From IMG/VR virus record IMGVR_UViG_3300042322_000140, positions 228 through 64,227 of that record: a stretch of 64,000 nucleotides of DNA; one strand, 5' to 3'. Shown piece by piece: positions 9,581-20,000 of the stretch. Both the position numbers and the translations under genes were made by a program. This DNA comes from a virus. Lineage: Duplodnaviria; Heunggongvirae; Uroviricota; Caudoviricetes. The notes under the pieces were generated by a model, which saw nothing but the letters and a program-made list of their open reading frames with translations, was not told the DNA's origin and ran no database searches. How positions within the stretch are numbered: position 1 is the first letter of the stretch; every line of letters starts with the position of its first letter.

Positions 9581-12500
9581 TTATTGACAGTTGAAATATT
9601 CATCGTCTATCTGTTTTAATTCTTCTTTAGAATAGTAATTTTTTGATGTCTTAAACACCTCTGGGCTATTTTCCAGGTATTGGTACTTGTTAAAGTTTAC
9701 ATCTGACAAAGGTTTTTCTATACCAGTTAGTTTAAAGTTAGGGTCTACTGAAGGCAGTTTGTTGTAAAACTTAACGTTCCCTGCTTCGTATATCATTTCA
9801 AAAACCCCTTGTGTTGTTCTTACAAATGTATCTGTTTCATTCTTTACAGCTAATACCCCATCTTCTATGTATCTGTAATCTCCGGATATTTTCTTAGCAC
9901 TTTCAGGATTATTTGCAAAAAACTCTCTTTGGCTTGTTTGGCTGTCATAGTCTTCAAATACTAACTCTTCTGATGTCATTCCTAAATTCAAATTCTTAGA
10001 TATTGCATCGTAGTCTGCCAAGTCTTTTTCAAATTCTAATGGGATAGACATTATTGCTTCCTCTTTAGATAAAGGGTCTTTTTCTACTAATTCTATTCCT
10101 TTTCCTGTAACCTTGAAGTACTTATTGTTTGTCTCTAGTATAAATCTATTGAAGTCTTTTACAAACTCTGTAACCAAATACTCTGGGCTAGATATTACAC
10201 TACCTAAACTATCTGTTGATACTTTTATAGGAGTCACTACTAATGGGAAGCCAAAGAACTTTTTATACAAATATATCTTAGCCAGCTTATCAGGGTCTAC
10301 TTCGTAATCTGCTACTTCAAGATTTGTTACTTCTTTTTCTACAAAGCTTCTTAAGTCTTCAATATTAGCTACTTCATCTGGTAACATTTCAGGATACTCT
10401 AGCATTGTATCGTAAAGCTCCTCTAAGCTCTGCTCCTCTGTTTGTCTATAAATATCCCCTTGCTTTTTGACTAAACCAAAATTATCAAACATTTGATACT
10501 CCGACATATCTGATTCAACAACTGTATCAAATTCATTATCTGTTTCTATTACAGCTGATTCTTCTGTGCTTGTATCAAATAACTCTTTATAAATAGTAGA
10601 GTAGTTAATTATATTTTCCTCAGTTGGTCCTGTTTCTAGTAGATTTTCCATAGCGTCTAAAAACGCAAGTATATCTTCTCTACTATGAGATAACACTTTA
10701 GTAGGAATGTCTCTTAGGTCAATACCGTTTGTCATAGCTTTCTTTTTAATAGAGGCTAATAATTTTACTACTGCATTAGGGTTTTCGTCCCAAACTTCTT
10801 CAGAAAACTCTTCGTTTATATATCTAATTTCCTCAGATAATTTAGAATTTTCTTCGTCAATCAATGTATTAGCTACAATGTTTTCTATGTCTTCTGCCTT
10901 ATCAACTAACACCCCGTCTTTTGTAACCTTTATATTAACTAATTTATGATTCTTAGCTATATTATCTACTGAAGATTTAAAGTTAGAGTCTTTTGCATAT
11001 TTATTGCTAAGATCTGGTAACAAATTATCTGAGATCTCTTCTTCAGAAATACCAGCTATATCTCTAGCTAACTCTGCTTCAACTATAAATGGGTTTGCTA
11101 TTTCTTGTTTTCCAAATATGTTTAAGCTTGTTCCAGTAAGTGTTATAAAGTTTTTATTGTATTCTATCTCAAAAGGTTCTGTATTTTTTAATTTTAAATA
11201 AGCTTCTTTTATACTTCTTTGTAAGTCTAATGAGCTCATTATTTTTGTTGCCTCATACTTATTAAACACCCCACCTCTTTGTAAAGATACTAAATTAAAA
11301 GATATAATACCAGATTTTGTAATAGCACTTTCTAATTTTTCTAAAAGCTCCGATGAAGAGTTTACTCCAAGTGCCATAGCTGCATTTCTTGCAACAACTT
11401 GGTCCTCTAATGATAAAGACTCTGTAGAATTATTTTTAAATTGCATCAAATCTTTAATCGAAGGCTCTCCGTTTTCATCATAACCATTTGGTGCAAGCTT
11501 TCTCGCTGGTCTTTGCATTTCAAAATCAGATGTCTTTTTATACCCAAGTGATGTGTAGAACTTTTCAAGTCCGGCATTAGTAGTGTTTTTATCTCTACTA
11601 GAAATAGTCAATACTGTACTTTTACCTATTGAGTCTGTGTATTTTAAAGCTGTATTAAAAGCTTCTCTTGCTCTACCCTGGCCTCTAAATTCTTCTGGTG
11701 TTTCTACCAATTCCATTTCTATTTTGCCAGTAGGTTTTTCAGTAATTGGGTTTACTTCATTTCTAAAATAAACTTTACTTCCATTTACATCTGCAACCAT
11801 TCTTTCTCCAGCACTTTTTATGTTTAGTTCAGAGACCCAAGAAGGTAATAATCCTACTTTTTGTTCTGCAAAACTCATCATATCATATACTTGGTTAGTC
11901 AAGATTTTAGCTCCCTCTGTATCACCATTTCTTCTAAGTACTCTAGCTTTATCTCTTAATTCGAAAGCTTTGTCGTTTACTCCAGAGAAATTAACCCAAG
12001 AGTTTTGACCTCTAGTCTCAGTTGTCATGGCAAGTCTAGCTAATGGAGAGTACATTCTAGAGTGTATATTCCATGCGTTTTCTTCTCCTAATGCACCAAA
12101 ACCATTTCCAAATTTAGCATGCCCAAAGAAATCGTGTACAAATCTAAATATGTCATTTGCTAATAAAGGCTCCCCATTTACATCTTTAAACTTAGTCTTT
12201 TGTAAAAGTGGGTTGTCTTTTCTTTGTTGAGCTGTTATAGCCTCATCCCCAAATCCAGACTCCGTTGAGAAAATCTTCATACGCTTATTACCACGTAAGT
12301 CAGCTATCATGTCGGCAGAGTTTTCATACGGCTCCGAATTATTTATCTCTGGTTTGTAACCATAGCTTAGTATTTTTTTATACTGGTCTACAGTCTCTTT
12401 TACCATAGCTTTGTAAGCCGCTTTTGTTTTAGTATCGTTTGGTGTAGGTTGCATCTTATCAAACTCAGCTGCTATACTTTTGCTATTTTCTTTATTTAAT

Positions 12501-15500
12501 TCCTTTATCGGTTCTATTGCATCAATGCTTATACCTTTCTCTAACATGTATTCATCAGCTATTTTTGATGCGTCCTCTAAAGGTGCATTAAATAACTTAT
12601 TACCATCTACTATAGAAAAGTTTACATAGCTGTCAGAATCATTAAATCTCTTTTTGGCTTCTTGGCTTTTCTCATATACTTCTCTAAAGTCTCCAAAATA
12701 CATATTTTTGACTCTTGCATAAGCACGTATGATATTCATACCACCAAAAGTTCCGGCATCTAAATGCACAGGTTTTCCGTCTTTTATGCCCCAATTAGCA
12801 ATATCTCCTAAATCACCATAGATTATGTCGTAGTTTAAATACTCTTCTAATCCATAGTTTTTAAGTACTTCAACCAAGTCTGGGTTTTTAGTATCAAAGT
12901 CTGCTTGACTATATCTGTATAGTTCCATAAGCATTACCTCTGCATCTTCTGTACCATATTGTTCACCATTCACTATGTTGTATATAGGAATTTGATCATT
13001 TGGTTCAAGTTGAGTTAACTTTTCAGCTATAACATAATTAAGGCCAGTTTCATAAACTTGTGGAAGGACACCTTTACTTATAAGCTCTTCATTACCTTCT
13101 TGCATGTTTTGAGCTAGTCCTCTGGCATTATTTGCTACTTTTAGCACCTTACCCTCACCTAAATCAAAAACAACTCTGTCAGAGCCTTGAGATAACTTTA
13201 CTAAGTTTGGTATATCAAATCTATCTCTTGCTACTTGGTTTACGTCATATTTATACCTAAGATAAGTACTATCTATACCTAGATTTTTTTGCATTCTGGA
13301 TCCAGATAATAATTCAGTGGCAGATGCTGATCCAAACTCTGCTAGTGTCATTGCTGATACTTGTTCAGCTGTGTAGTTTGATAACCCAACTGCTGCTTTT
13401 ATAGCACCCCAAACACTTTTTAACCACTCGCTTAAGCTTCCTTTTTTATTGCTTAACAATAATTTAGCCCCTTGATCACCTATTACTTGTGCAAGGACTT
13501 CATTATTAAACTCTTCTGAACCTTCTTCTAGATCTGGTTGTGTGTTTTTTACAATATCTATGTATTGTTGAGCTTCTTCTTTATTTTTTTCAACAAGAGA
13601 TAGTCCAGATTTATATATGTCTTCTCTGTTTTCTTTTAGCCAATCTAGATGTAAATGTCCAAATTCATGTATTGGTGTATCTAACCCCATTACATCGTTG
13701 TTCAAGTACACATCTCCTCTATAAGTAAAACCTGCAGTACTTAGTTTTATACCTTTTTCTAATAACTGTTTGCTAAATTTAATATCTTTGTTTATAGGCT
13801 CAACTAAAGTTTTATCTTTTATTGCAAATACAATTTGTCCTTTGTTACCTATATCTTCTCCTTTTATAATTTTTGCATTTTCTACTTCTTTTATAAAAGC
13901 GTCAAGTTCTTCTTTAGGTAATTCTATTCCTTCTGCTAGTAAAGAGTATCTAATTCTAGTTTTCCACTCTTTTAAATCAGATAGATTGTCTTGGTGAACT
14001 GTTAATAAACCTTGGCCAAAACCTACTTTTTCTACTCCCCATCTTTTATTCCAATTATCTAGGTCTAAAATATCTGGGCTTTTGATTTTAAATTCTTCTA
14101 TATTTCTACCAAAAACTCCGGCATATTTTTTTTGTACAGCAAAGTATTGTGTACCTTTATAGTTTGAATCAAACTCTCCATTTATGCCTCTGTATACTGC
14201 AGGTAAAGATTCTATTTTATATTCTCTTATTAAAGCTGCTGCTTCTTCTTTTACTTCTTGTTCTGTTGAGTTTTCTGATAAGTATACCTCTAAATATGAA
14301 CCATCCACTAAATTAACTTCCCAGAAGTCTTCTTCTGTGTTAAAAAATAAAGAGTCTACATCTTCTTGTGACATAGTTACTTGCTTAGCTATTTTTGAAT
14401 CTAAACCAAGGTTTACTAACTTAGCCTCTATCTGAGAGTTAGTCATTTGGAATACATTATTAGCTAACCCACTTAGTTCTAGCTTAGATATAATCTCTTG
14501 TGTTATCTCATTCTTAGAAGTCTCACTCAAGCTTTTAGAAAACATAGGTATAGACGACTTTAACTCAGAACGCATCTTATTTGTTATCTCAATATAAGGC
14601 TGTTCTGCTAAAGTCAGTTTGTCTGCGTTTATTTCTTGTGGTACATATTTTTCAAAATACTTTCTAGCTCCCCCTGCTGTGTTATCTAAGTCTGAATTAG
14701 ATAGTGTTTCTTCATCAACATACTCTACAAATTCTCCATTAACTCTTAAAACAAATCCATCCTCTTCTTCTGTAATTTCTACATTAGATTTTTCTGCAAA
14801 GTTAACTGTTTCTAATTTAGCATCTTTGTCAAATCTTTGAGCTTCTTTTTGTGCTACTTTTGTTACAATATTGTCATAGAAAGATTTCATACCTTCTCCA
14901 CCTACTTCTAGGTCTAAGCCTGAGTACTCTTTACCTTGACCAGTTGACTTTAAGTCTCTTATTTCATCTAAGTCATTTACTACTTTTTTTGCAAACTCTT
15001 TCCCAAAAAAAGATTCTAATTCTGCATCATCTCTTACACCTTTTGCACTTAAAATTTTACCGTCTTTTTTTACCTCGGCATTATATTTAAACAAACTACT
15101 TCCAGCATAGCTTATCTCTATAGCATCTACTTGATTAGATAAACTATACATACTAGAAGATTGCTGTCCTGTAGCAAAAGCTACACCACTGTACCCCTCT
15201 TGTGCTGCCATTTGTAAAACACGTCTTGTAGCTAAGCCAACCCATTGATCAGTATTTTTATAAGGCATTTCTTGTAAGCCAGACTGATCAATATCAATAA
15301 TATCTCTTTTTGCAGCAGCTATTTGTCTTTCTAAAGGTGTTACTTTTGAGTAGTAGTCTTGTATTACTCTAAAACCTTCTTGTTCAACACTTGGTAGATC
15401 TTCTACCCCAATAGTATTTTCAAGACTTTTTCTAAAATCTAATTCGTTTGCTCTTCTTTCTATAGTTGTATCAGCAACCTCTTTAGAGCCATAGTAGTTA

Positions 15501-16990
15501 TTTTGTCCTGATACTTGTCCATCAACATATATTCTATAATCTCCATTGTTCTCTTTTACTGCTTCTACTCCTGTAGAATCACCTAACTTTTTACCAAAAG
15601 AGTTTACAGATTTAGCTATAGTTACATTTCCATACTCATCAATATTTGTAGTATAGCCTTTACCATCATTATAAATAACTCTCTGATAAGCATCCTTATC
15701 TATTTTTTTCTCTTCTTTAATCTTTAAAAGCTCCTCTGTTAAAGCTTTATATTTAGCTAATGCTATATCATTTTTAATTTGTAATTTTCTATCAGTAAAA
15801 CCTATCTTACGACCAGCTTGTGCCCAATCAGATTGTATCTCATTTACTACCAAAACTTTATCACCATTTGGTAAACCTTTCTCGTTTAACCTTATGTGAG
15901 CCAAAATATTACCTTCATCCCAATGAGATGATTTATACTCTTCCTTAATATAAGGTGTTAAGTTATTTCCGATAGCTACTTTATCTCCAAAAATCTGGTT
16001 TATTTTTTCTATTTCTGTTCTTATTCTTGCATGTTCTTCTCTTTGTTCCTGGGTTGGTGCCTGCCCAAAGGGTATACTTAGTATAAGTTTTTTTTCAGAT
16101 ATTTTTATTGATTTATATTGCTCAATTGCAGAATTTAATTTAGTGTCTGGCATCGTCAATAATATCTCTCTATAGTTTTCTCCCCCCTTTAGTTGATAAC
16201 CTTGGTATTTTACATCTCCATCTTCTCTGTCTAATACTTCTTCAATTGCTGCTTTTTTTGCATTTTCTTGTGCACTATAATAATCAAAGTTTTCATCAAA
16301 AGTATCTTCATCTGTTAAACCTATTTGGTCTAGTGTTATATAAGGCATAATTAAATTACCTTGGCCGGAGTACTTTATGTTAAACCCATTACCGTCAAAC
16401 TCTGCGTCTAAGTCATTAATGTCTATTTCAGGCTTACCCTTACTAACATCAACAATGCTAATTTGATTTGATTTAATATAATCTTCTACAACAGAAGCTG
16501 GTATGTTACCTGCTCTAGTATTGTTTTCTGCTACATAGCTGTTTAAATAATCTGCAAGTCCTATCCACTCAAGTTCTTGATTTACATTTTTTACTCCACC
16601 ATTCTTTTGTGTGTCTGTAAGCTGTTTTAACCAACCTTGTGTGTTTTTGGGATTTAAGTCAGTCAAATTGTTGATAGCAGACAAAGCATTTGAAAAGTAA
16701 GTACTATCTGGAGCTATTCTACTAAACTTTACAGCGTCTAGATTTGTTGCTAAATCTTTTTCAGATTTAACTAAATTGTTTACTCTATTTTTTATAGATG
16801 TAACTTTTGCTTTCACCATATCCTTGAAGTCTTCAACTTCAGTCAAGGCATAAAGATTTAAGGCGGTCTTTTTATTACCGCCTGTTATATTCACTAATGT
16901 ATCAAATAATTTACTTCTACTGCCATTTGCAGCTTCCACAAAATCAATATCCCCATTCTCGTCTTTATAAATTCTACATTTTAAGCTCAT
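9581..16990 (-). CDS. Giant polyvalent virion protein B (2469 aa): EIQSD-type domain, ART-like, zincin, kinase-like, HDFFGH domain, GNAT
   Basis: Motifs ELEWIGL/GGENYREILL/EIQSDW, VYRG..YFA..YA, TPIHEFGH..NEVLA, KVLKV..YGDLGDIANWG..HLDAG, FVHDFFGH..GEENAW..ETRGQNSWVN, EFRGQG..LEKFYTSLGY. Confidence 0.75.
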   Translation of the reverse strand: MSLKCRIYKDENGDIDFVEAANGSRSKLFDTLVNITGGNKKTALNLYALTEVEDFKDMVKAKVTSIKNRVNNLVKSEKDLATNLDAVKFSRIAPDSTYFSNALSAINNLTDLNPKNTQGWLKQLTDTQKNGGVKNVNQELEWIGLADYLNSYVAENNTRAGNIPASVVEDYIKSNQISIVDVSKGKPEIDINDLDAEFDGNGFNIKYSGQGNLIMPYITLDQIGLTDEDTFDENFDYYSAQENAKKAAIEEVLDREDGDVKYQGYQLKGGENYREILLTMPDTKLNSAIEQYKSIKISEKKLILSIPFGQAPTQEQREEHARIRTEIEKINQIFGDKVAIGNNLTPYIKEEYKSSHWDEGNILAHIRLNEKGLPNGDKVLVVNEIQSDWAQAGRKIGFTDRKLQIKNDIALAKYKALTEELLKIKEEKKIDKDAYQRVIYNDGKGYTTNIDEYGNVTIAKSVNSFGKKLGDSTGVEAVKENNGDYRIYVDGQVSGQNNYYGSKEVADTTIERRANELDFRKSLENTIGVEDLPSVEQEGFRVIQDYYSKVTPLERQIAAAKRDIIDIDQSGLQEMPYKNTDQWVGLATRRVLQMAAQEGYSGVAFATGQQSSSMYSLSNQVDAIEISYAGSSLFKYNAEVKKDGKILSAKGVRDDAELESFFGKEFAKKVVNDLDEIRDLKSTGQGKEYSGLDLEVGGEGMKSFYDNIVTKVAQKEAQRFDKDAKLETVNFAEKSNVEITEEEDGFVLRVNGEFVEYVDEETLSNSDLDNTAGGARKYFEKYVPQEINADKLTLAEQPYIEITNKMRSELKSSIPMFSKSLSETSKNEITQEIISKLELSGLANNVFQMTNSQIEAKLVNLGLDSKIAKQVTMSQEDVDSLFFNTEEDFWEVNLVDGSYLEVYLSENSTEQEVKEEAAALIREYKIESLPAVYRGINGEFDSNYKGTQYFAVQKKYAGVFGRNIEEFKIKSPDILDLDNWNKRWGVEKVGFGQGLLTVHQDNLSDLKEWKTRIRYSLLAEGIELPKEELDAFIKEVENAKIIKGEDIGNKGQIVFAIKDKTLVEPINKDIKFSKQLLEKGIKLSTAGFTYRGDVYLNNDVMGLDTPIHEFGHLHLDWLKENREDIYKSGLSLVEKNKEEAQQYIDIVKNTQPDLEEGSEEFNNEVLAQVIGDQGAKLLLSNKKGSLSEWLKSVWGAIKAAVGLSNYTAEQVSAMTLAEFGSASATELLSGSRMQKNLGIDSTYLRYKYDVNQVARDRFDIPNLVKLSQGSDRVVFDLGEGKVLKVANNARGLAQNMQEGNEELISKGVLPQVYETGLNYVIAEKLTQLEPNDQIPIYNIVNGEQYGTEDAEVMLMELYRYSQADFDTKNPDLVEVLKNYGLEEYLNYDIIYGDLGDIANWGIKDGKPVHLDAGTFGGMNIIRAYARVKNMYFGDFREVYEKSQEAKKRFNDSDSYVNFSIVDGNKLFNAPLEDASKIADEYMLEKGISIDAIEPIKELNKENSKSIAAEFDKMQPTPNDTKTKAAYKAMVKETVDQYKKILSYGYKPEINNSEPYENSADMIADLRGNKRMKIFSTESGFGDEAITAQQRKDNPLLQKTKFKDVNGEPLLANDIFRFVHDFFGHAKFGNGFGALGEENAWNIHSRMYSPLARLAMTTETRGQNSWVNFSGVNDKAFELRDKARVLRRNGDTEGAKILTNQVYDMMSFAEQKVGLLPSWVSELNIKSAGERMVADVNGSKVYFRNEVNPITEKPTGKIEMELVETPEEFRGQGRAREAFNTALKYTDSIGKSTVLTISSRDKNTTNAGLEKFYTSLGYKKTSDFEMQRPARKLAPNGYDENGEPSIKDLMQFKNNSTESLSLEDQVVARNAAMALGVNSSSELLEKLESAITKSGIISFNLVSLQRGGVFNKYEATKIMSSLDLQRSIKEAYLKLKNTEPFEIEYNKNFITLTGTSLNIFGKQEIANPFIVEAELARDIAGISEEEISDNLLPDLSNKYAKDSNFKSSVDNIAKNHKLVNIKVTKDGVLVDKAEDIENIVANTLIDEENSKLSEEIRYINEEFSEEVWDENPNAVVKLLASIKKKAMTNGIDLRDIPTKVLSHSREDILAFLDAMENLLETGPTEENIINYSTIYKELFDTSTEESAVIETDNEFDTVVESDMSEYQMFDNFGLVKKQGDIYRQTEEQSLEELYDTMLEYPEMLPDEVANIEDLRSFVEKEVTNLEVADYEVDPDKLAKIYLYKKFFGFPLVVTPIKVSTDSLGSVISSPEYLVTEFVKDFNRFILETNNKYFKVTGKGIELVEKDPLSKEEAIMSIPLEFEKDLADYDAISKNLNLGMTSEELVFEDYDSQTSQREFFANNPESAKKISGDYRYIEDGVLAVKNETDTFVRTTQGVFEMIYEAGNVKFYNKLPSVDPNFKLTGIEKPLSDVNFNKYQYLENSPEVFKTSKNYYSKEELKQIDDEYFNCQ

Positions 16991-17010
16991 TTTTCTTAGT
17001 TTATTTTATG

Positions 17011-17042
17011 CAAAATTAGTACTTTTTTTTGTAAAAACCAAA
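17011..17042 (-). promoter_or_regulatory. Bacteroidota sigma70-type promoter for giant B
   Basis: Minus strand TTTG-N20-TAATTTTG, 20 nt upstream of ATG 16990. Confidence 0.75.
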
Positions 17043-17059
17043 TTTGTTAACTATTTTTA

Positions 17060-20000
17060 TTAACAAGGTTCATTTTTAGCATCATCAACATCAGATTGTT
17101 GATCTGTATTTAGTCTAAAATACTCATCTATTAAGGATTGTACTAAAGGGTGATCTGATAAATCAGACTCTTGTGTTGTAAGAGCTTCATCAAGTAACAT
17201 CATCTTATTAAAGATCTCTGTTGCTTTTTCTAAGCTTAGGTTTCCAGTAGCTATAGCATCTGAGTACCAATCCCTTTTTATTTCTACCATTTTGTCTAAG
17301 TTTATGATTGGCTTAGGTGAAGATAGTGGATTGTTTTCTATGTCTATCGCTAAAGAAGCTTCTGATACTAAATTCTCTTTTGTGTGTTCTGTTGACATCC
17401 ATGTAGATACATCTACTGTTTGTTTTACTTTATTTAGGTCACTTATTGCTCTTAGTAACGGTTCAGAAAAATTCCCATTCATGTCAACTAAAGTCTGTGC
17501 GTCTTCTCCAACATGGTATAAATTATAAGAGGCTGGAGATAGTCCATTTACTGCTAAAGTTTGATTGAACTCTAAAACTGCAGATCCTAAATTTTCAGTC
17601 TCCATTAACTTTTGTACTGCTGTGTCCCCTGCATTTGATGCCAACTCTTTTAATTGTATTGGGAAAGCTACTAAGTATTTACCTTGATTAAATATAATTA
17701 CTGGTAACCCAGTTTTGTTAAGGTGATTACTTATGTAATCTTTTCTTACATTTTTAGTGTTACCTTTAAGTACTAATTTTCCATCTTGTATATAACCGTA
17801 GTCAACAACAGCTTTTGGAGAAATATCAAAATACTTTATAGTACCACCTTCCATATTAAAGTTTGGTACACCTAAAAAGACATGTTTAATAAAACTTTCT
17901 TTTGGTAATTGTATGTCTATATCTGCTTCAGTTCCTAATCCTTTCTCTTTTACTATTTTTAAAGCCTCTTCTCTAATAAGTAAGAACTCTGAGCTTTGGC
18001 TAGTATTGTAGTTAGCTTTTAGATCACCAAATTTTCTACCTCTAACATCTGATACGTTAATCTTAAGTTGGTCTGATAATAATTTTTCTATCTTTAGAAC
18101 TTCCGGAGACATTTTACCATCTTGGTCTATCATTACATCTCTGTCTTCAAGATCTTGTATAGCCTCTTGGTATTCTAGAATTATCTTTTGATTATACTCA
18201 TCGGTCAAATCTAGACTAAAGGTTACAGTGTCTCCAGGTACCATGTTGTAAAGCTCCATAGGTGAATAATCACTAGAGTCTTTAAAGTCTGTCTCCATTA
18301 TCTCCCCCGTTTCATTGCTATAAACTGGCGAATACCCTGAATCTTTAGTAAAAGAGTTTTCCATGTAACCCATGTTAGCCTCTCTTAATACTTGCTCAAC
18401 CTCTGATCCTTTTTTTATAGTTAGGCTTCCACCTTTATCTATAATTATAGTAGCTGTATTACCGTCTCTGAATGTTAAGACAAATGTAGCACCGTACTTA
18501 ACATTTTCAGCAACTTCTTGTATTGATATGTCTTTTGCTGTGTTTGGTACAGTTACTGTTTTATTATTAACAACTTCTGTTTGTACAAAAGCTACTGTAT
18601 CTGCTAAATCCACTCTTGACAATAAGCCAGGAAGTGTCAAATGAGATATTGTAGTTCCAAATTTATTTCTGTTTATAAATACATTTTGGTAAACTTGTAA
18701 TACTTCTTCATTTCTAATAGCTTCCCCTGAATCGGTTTCTTTTGGCTCTTTCTTGGATATATTTACAATCTCTGTTTCAGTAAGTTCACTATTTATCTTA
18801 GGGTCTACAAACTGATTTACTATAATATCTTGTAATAACATATCACTTATAGATATACCAGTATCATTAGCTACATTTTCTAGTAACCTCCAATTAGCTA
18901 ATCTTTCGTTAAGCTCTTGTAATCTTTTTATCTCTGCTTTTTTCAAAGAAGGTCTTGTAGTTGGTGTTAGCCTATTCCAAGTATAAGGGCTTTTAAAAGA
19001 TATTGTTTTATTGTCAATCTTAGGGTCTGCTAAAGCTCTTATTGCTAAGTCTTCGTACTCATCTAACTCTTCCTCTGTCATCATAACAGGTACATCTGTA
19101 CCATAATAGTCTAAAAGGTATGGACTGTTTTTGATCATGTCTACAACAGTTTCTTTTATAGTCTTCTTTCGAACTTCTTTTTTGGTTGTCTGACCATTTT
19201 TAGGTGCATATTTCTTTTCAATAGCGTCTAACTTAGCTTTTCTTTCTTTTTCAAGGCTTTCTGTACTATTAGAACTATTTCCACCAACAAGATTCATCCT
19301 ACCGTTTGAGAAAGTAGCTAAATTAAATGATGGTGGTATTCTTATACCTGCATCATTTGGGCTAACTGCCATTATATGTTCCATCACAATATCTCCAAAA
19401 TACTTATTTATATTAAGATTTTGAGTATTTATACTATTTGGGAAACCCATTATTACTAACTTGGTAGCTCCTCTATGATTTATTTTACCGTCTATTAAAG
19501 CCTCTATTGAATTATATAAACCCTCTTTTGTAGTATTTACATTTGTGGTCCCTTCTGCCGAAGGTCCTGTATTAAGACCTGTTTTAAGTATCCCTTCTAG
19601 TGTTACTTCAGATGTTGTAAGATGTGATAAAAAGAAGAAGTCGTCTGGTAAACTTTCGATTCTATCTTTTAATTCTTTCTTGAGATTATCTTTTTCTTCT
19701 TTTGATAACTTGTTAAAGTCTTCTATATTTTGTATAGATGTACTTGGGGTATCAGAGTTTGATATTTTAGAATCATACTCATCATTTACTTTTTGTATTT
19801 CTGCTTGTTTTTTAGCTTCTTTTTCTTCTATTGTAGGCTTATTTATTTTAGCACCTTTTTCGTTATCAATAACTTCTTTTACTGGTTCTAAATTCTCTAA
19901 CCCTTGTACTATTGTATCTTCTGCTCTTTCTATAGAGCTTTCTGATAGCCCTCTTAAAAATTCTACAGTTATGTCGGTAGAGTTCTTGCCTCTTCCTAGT

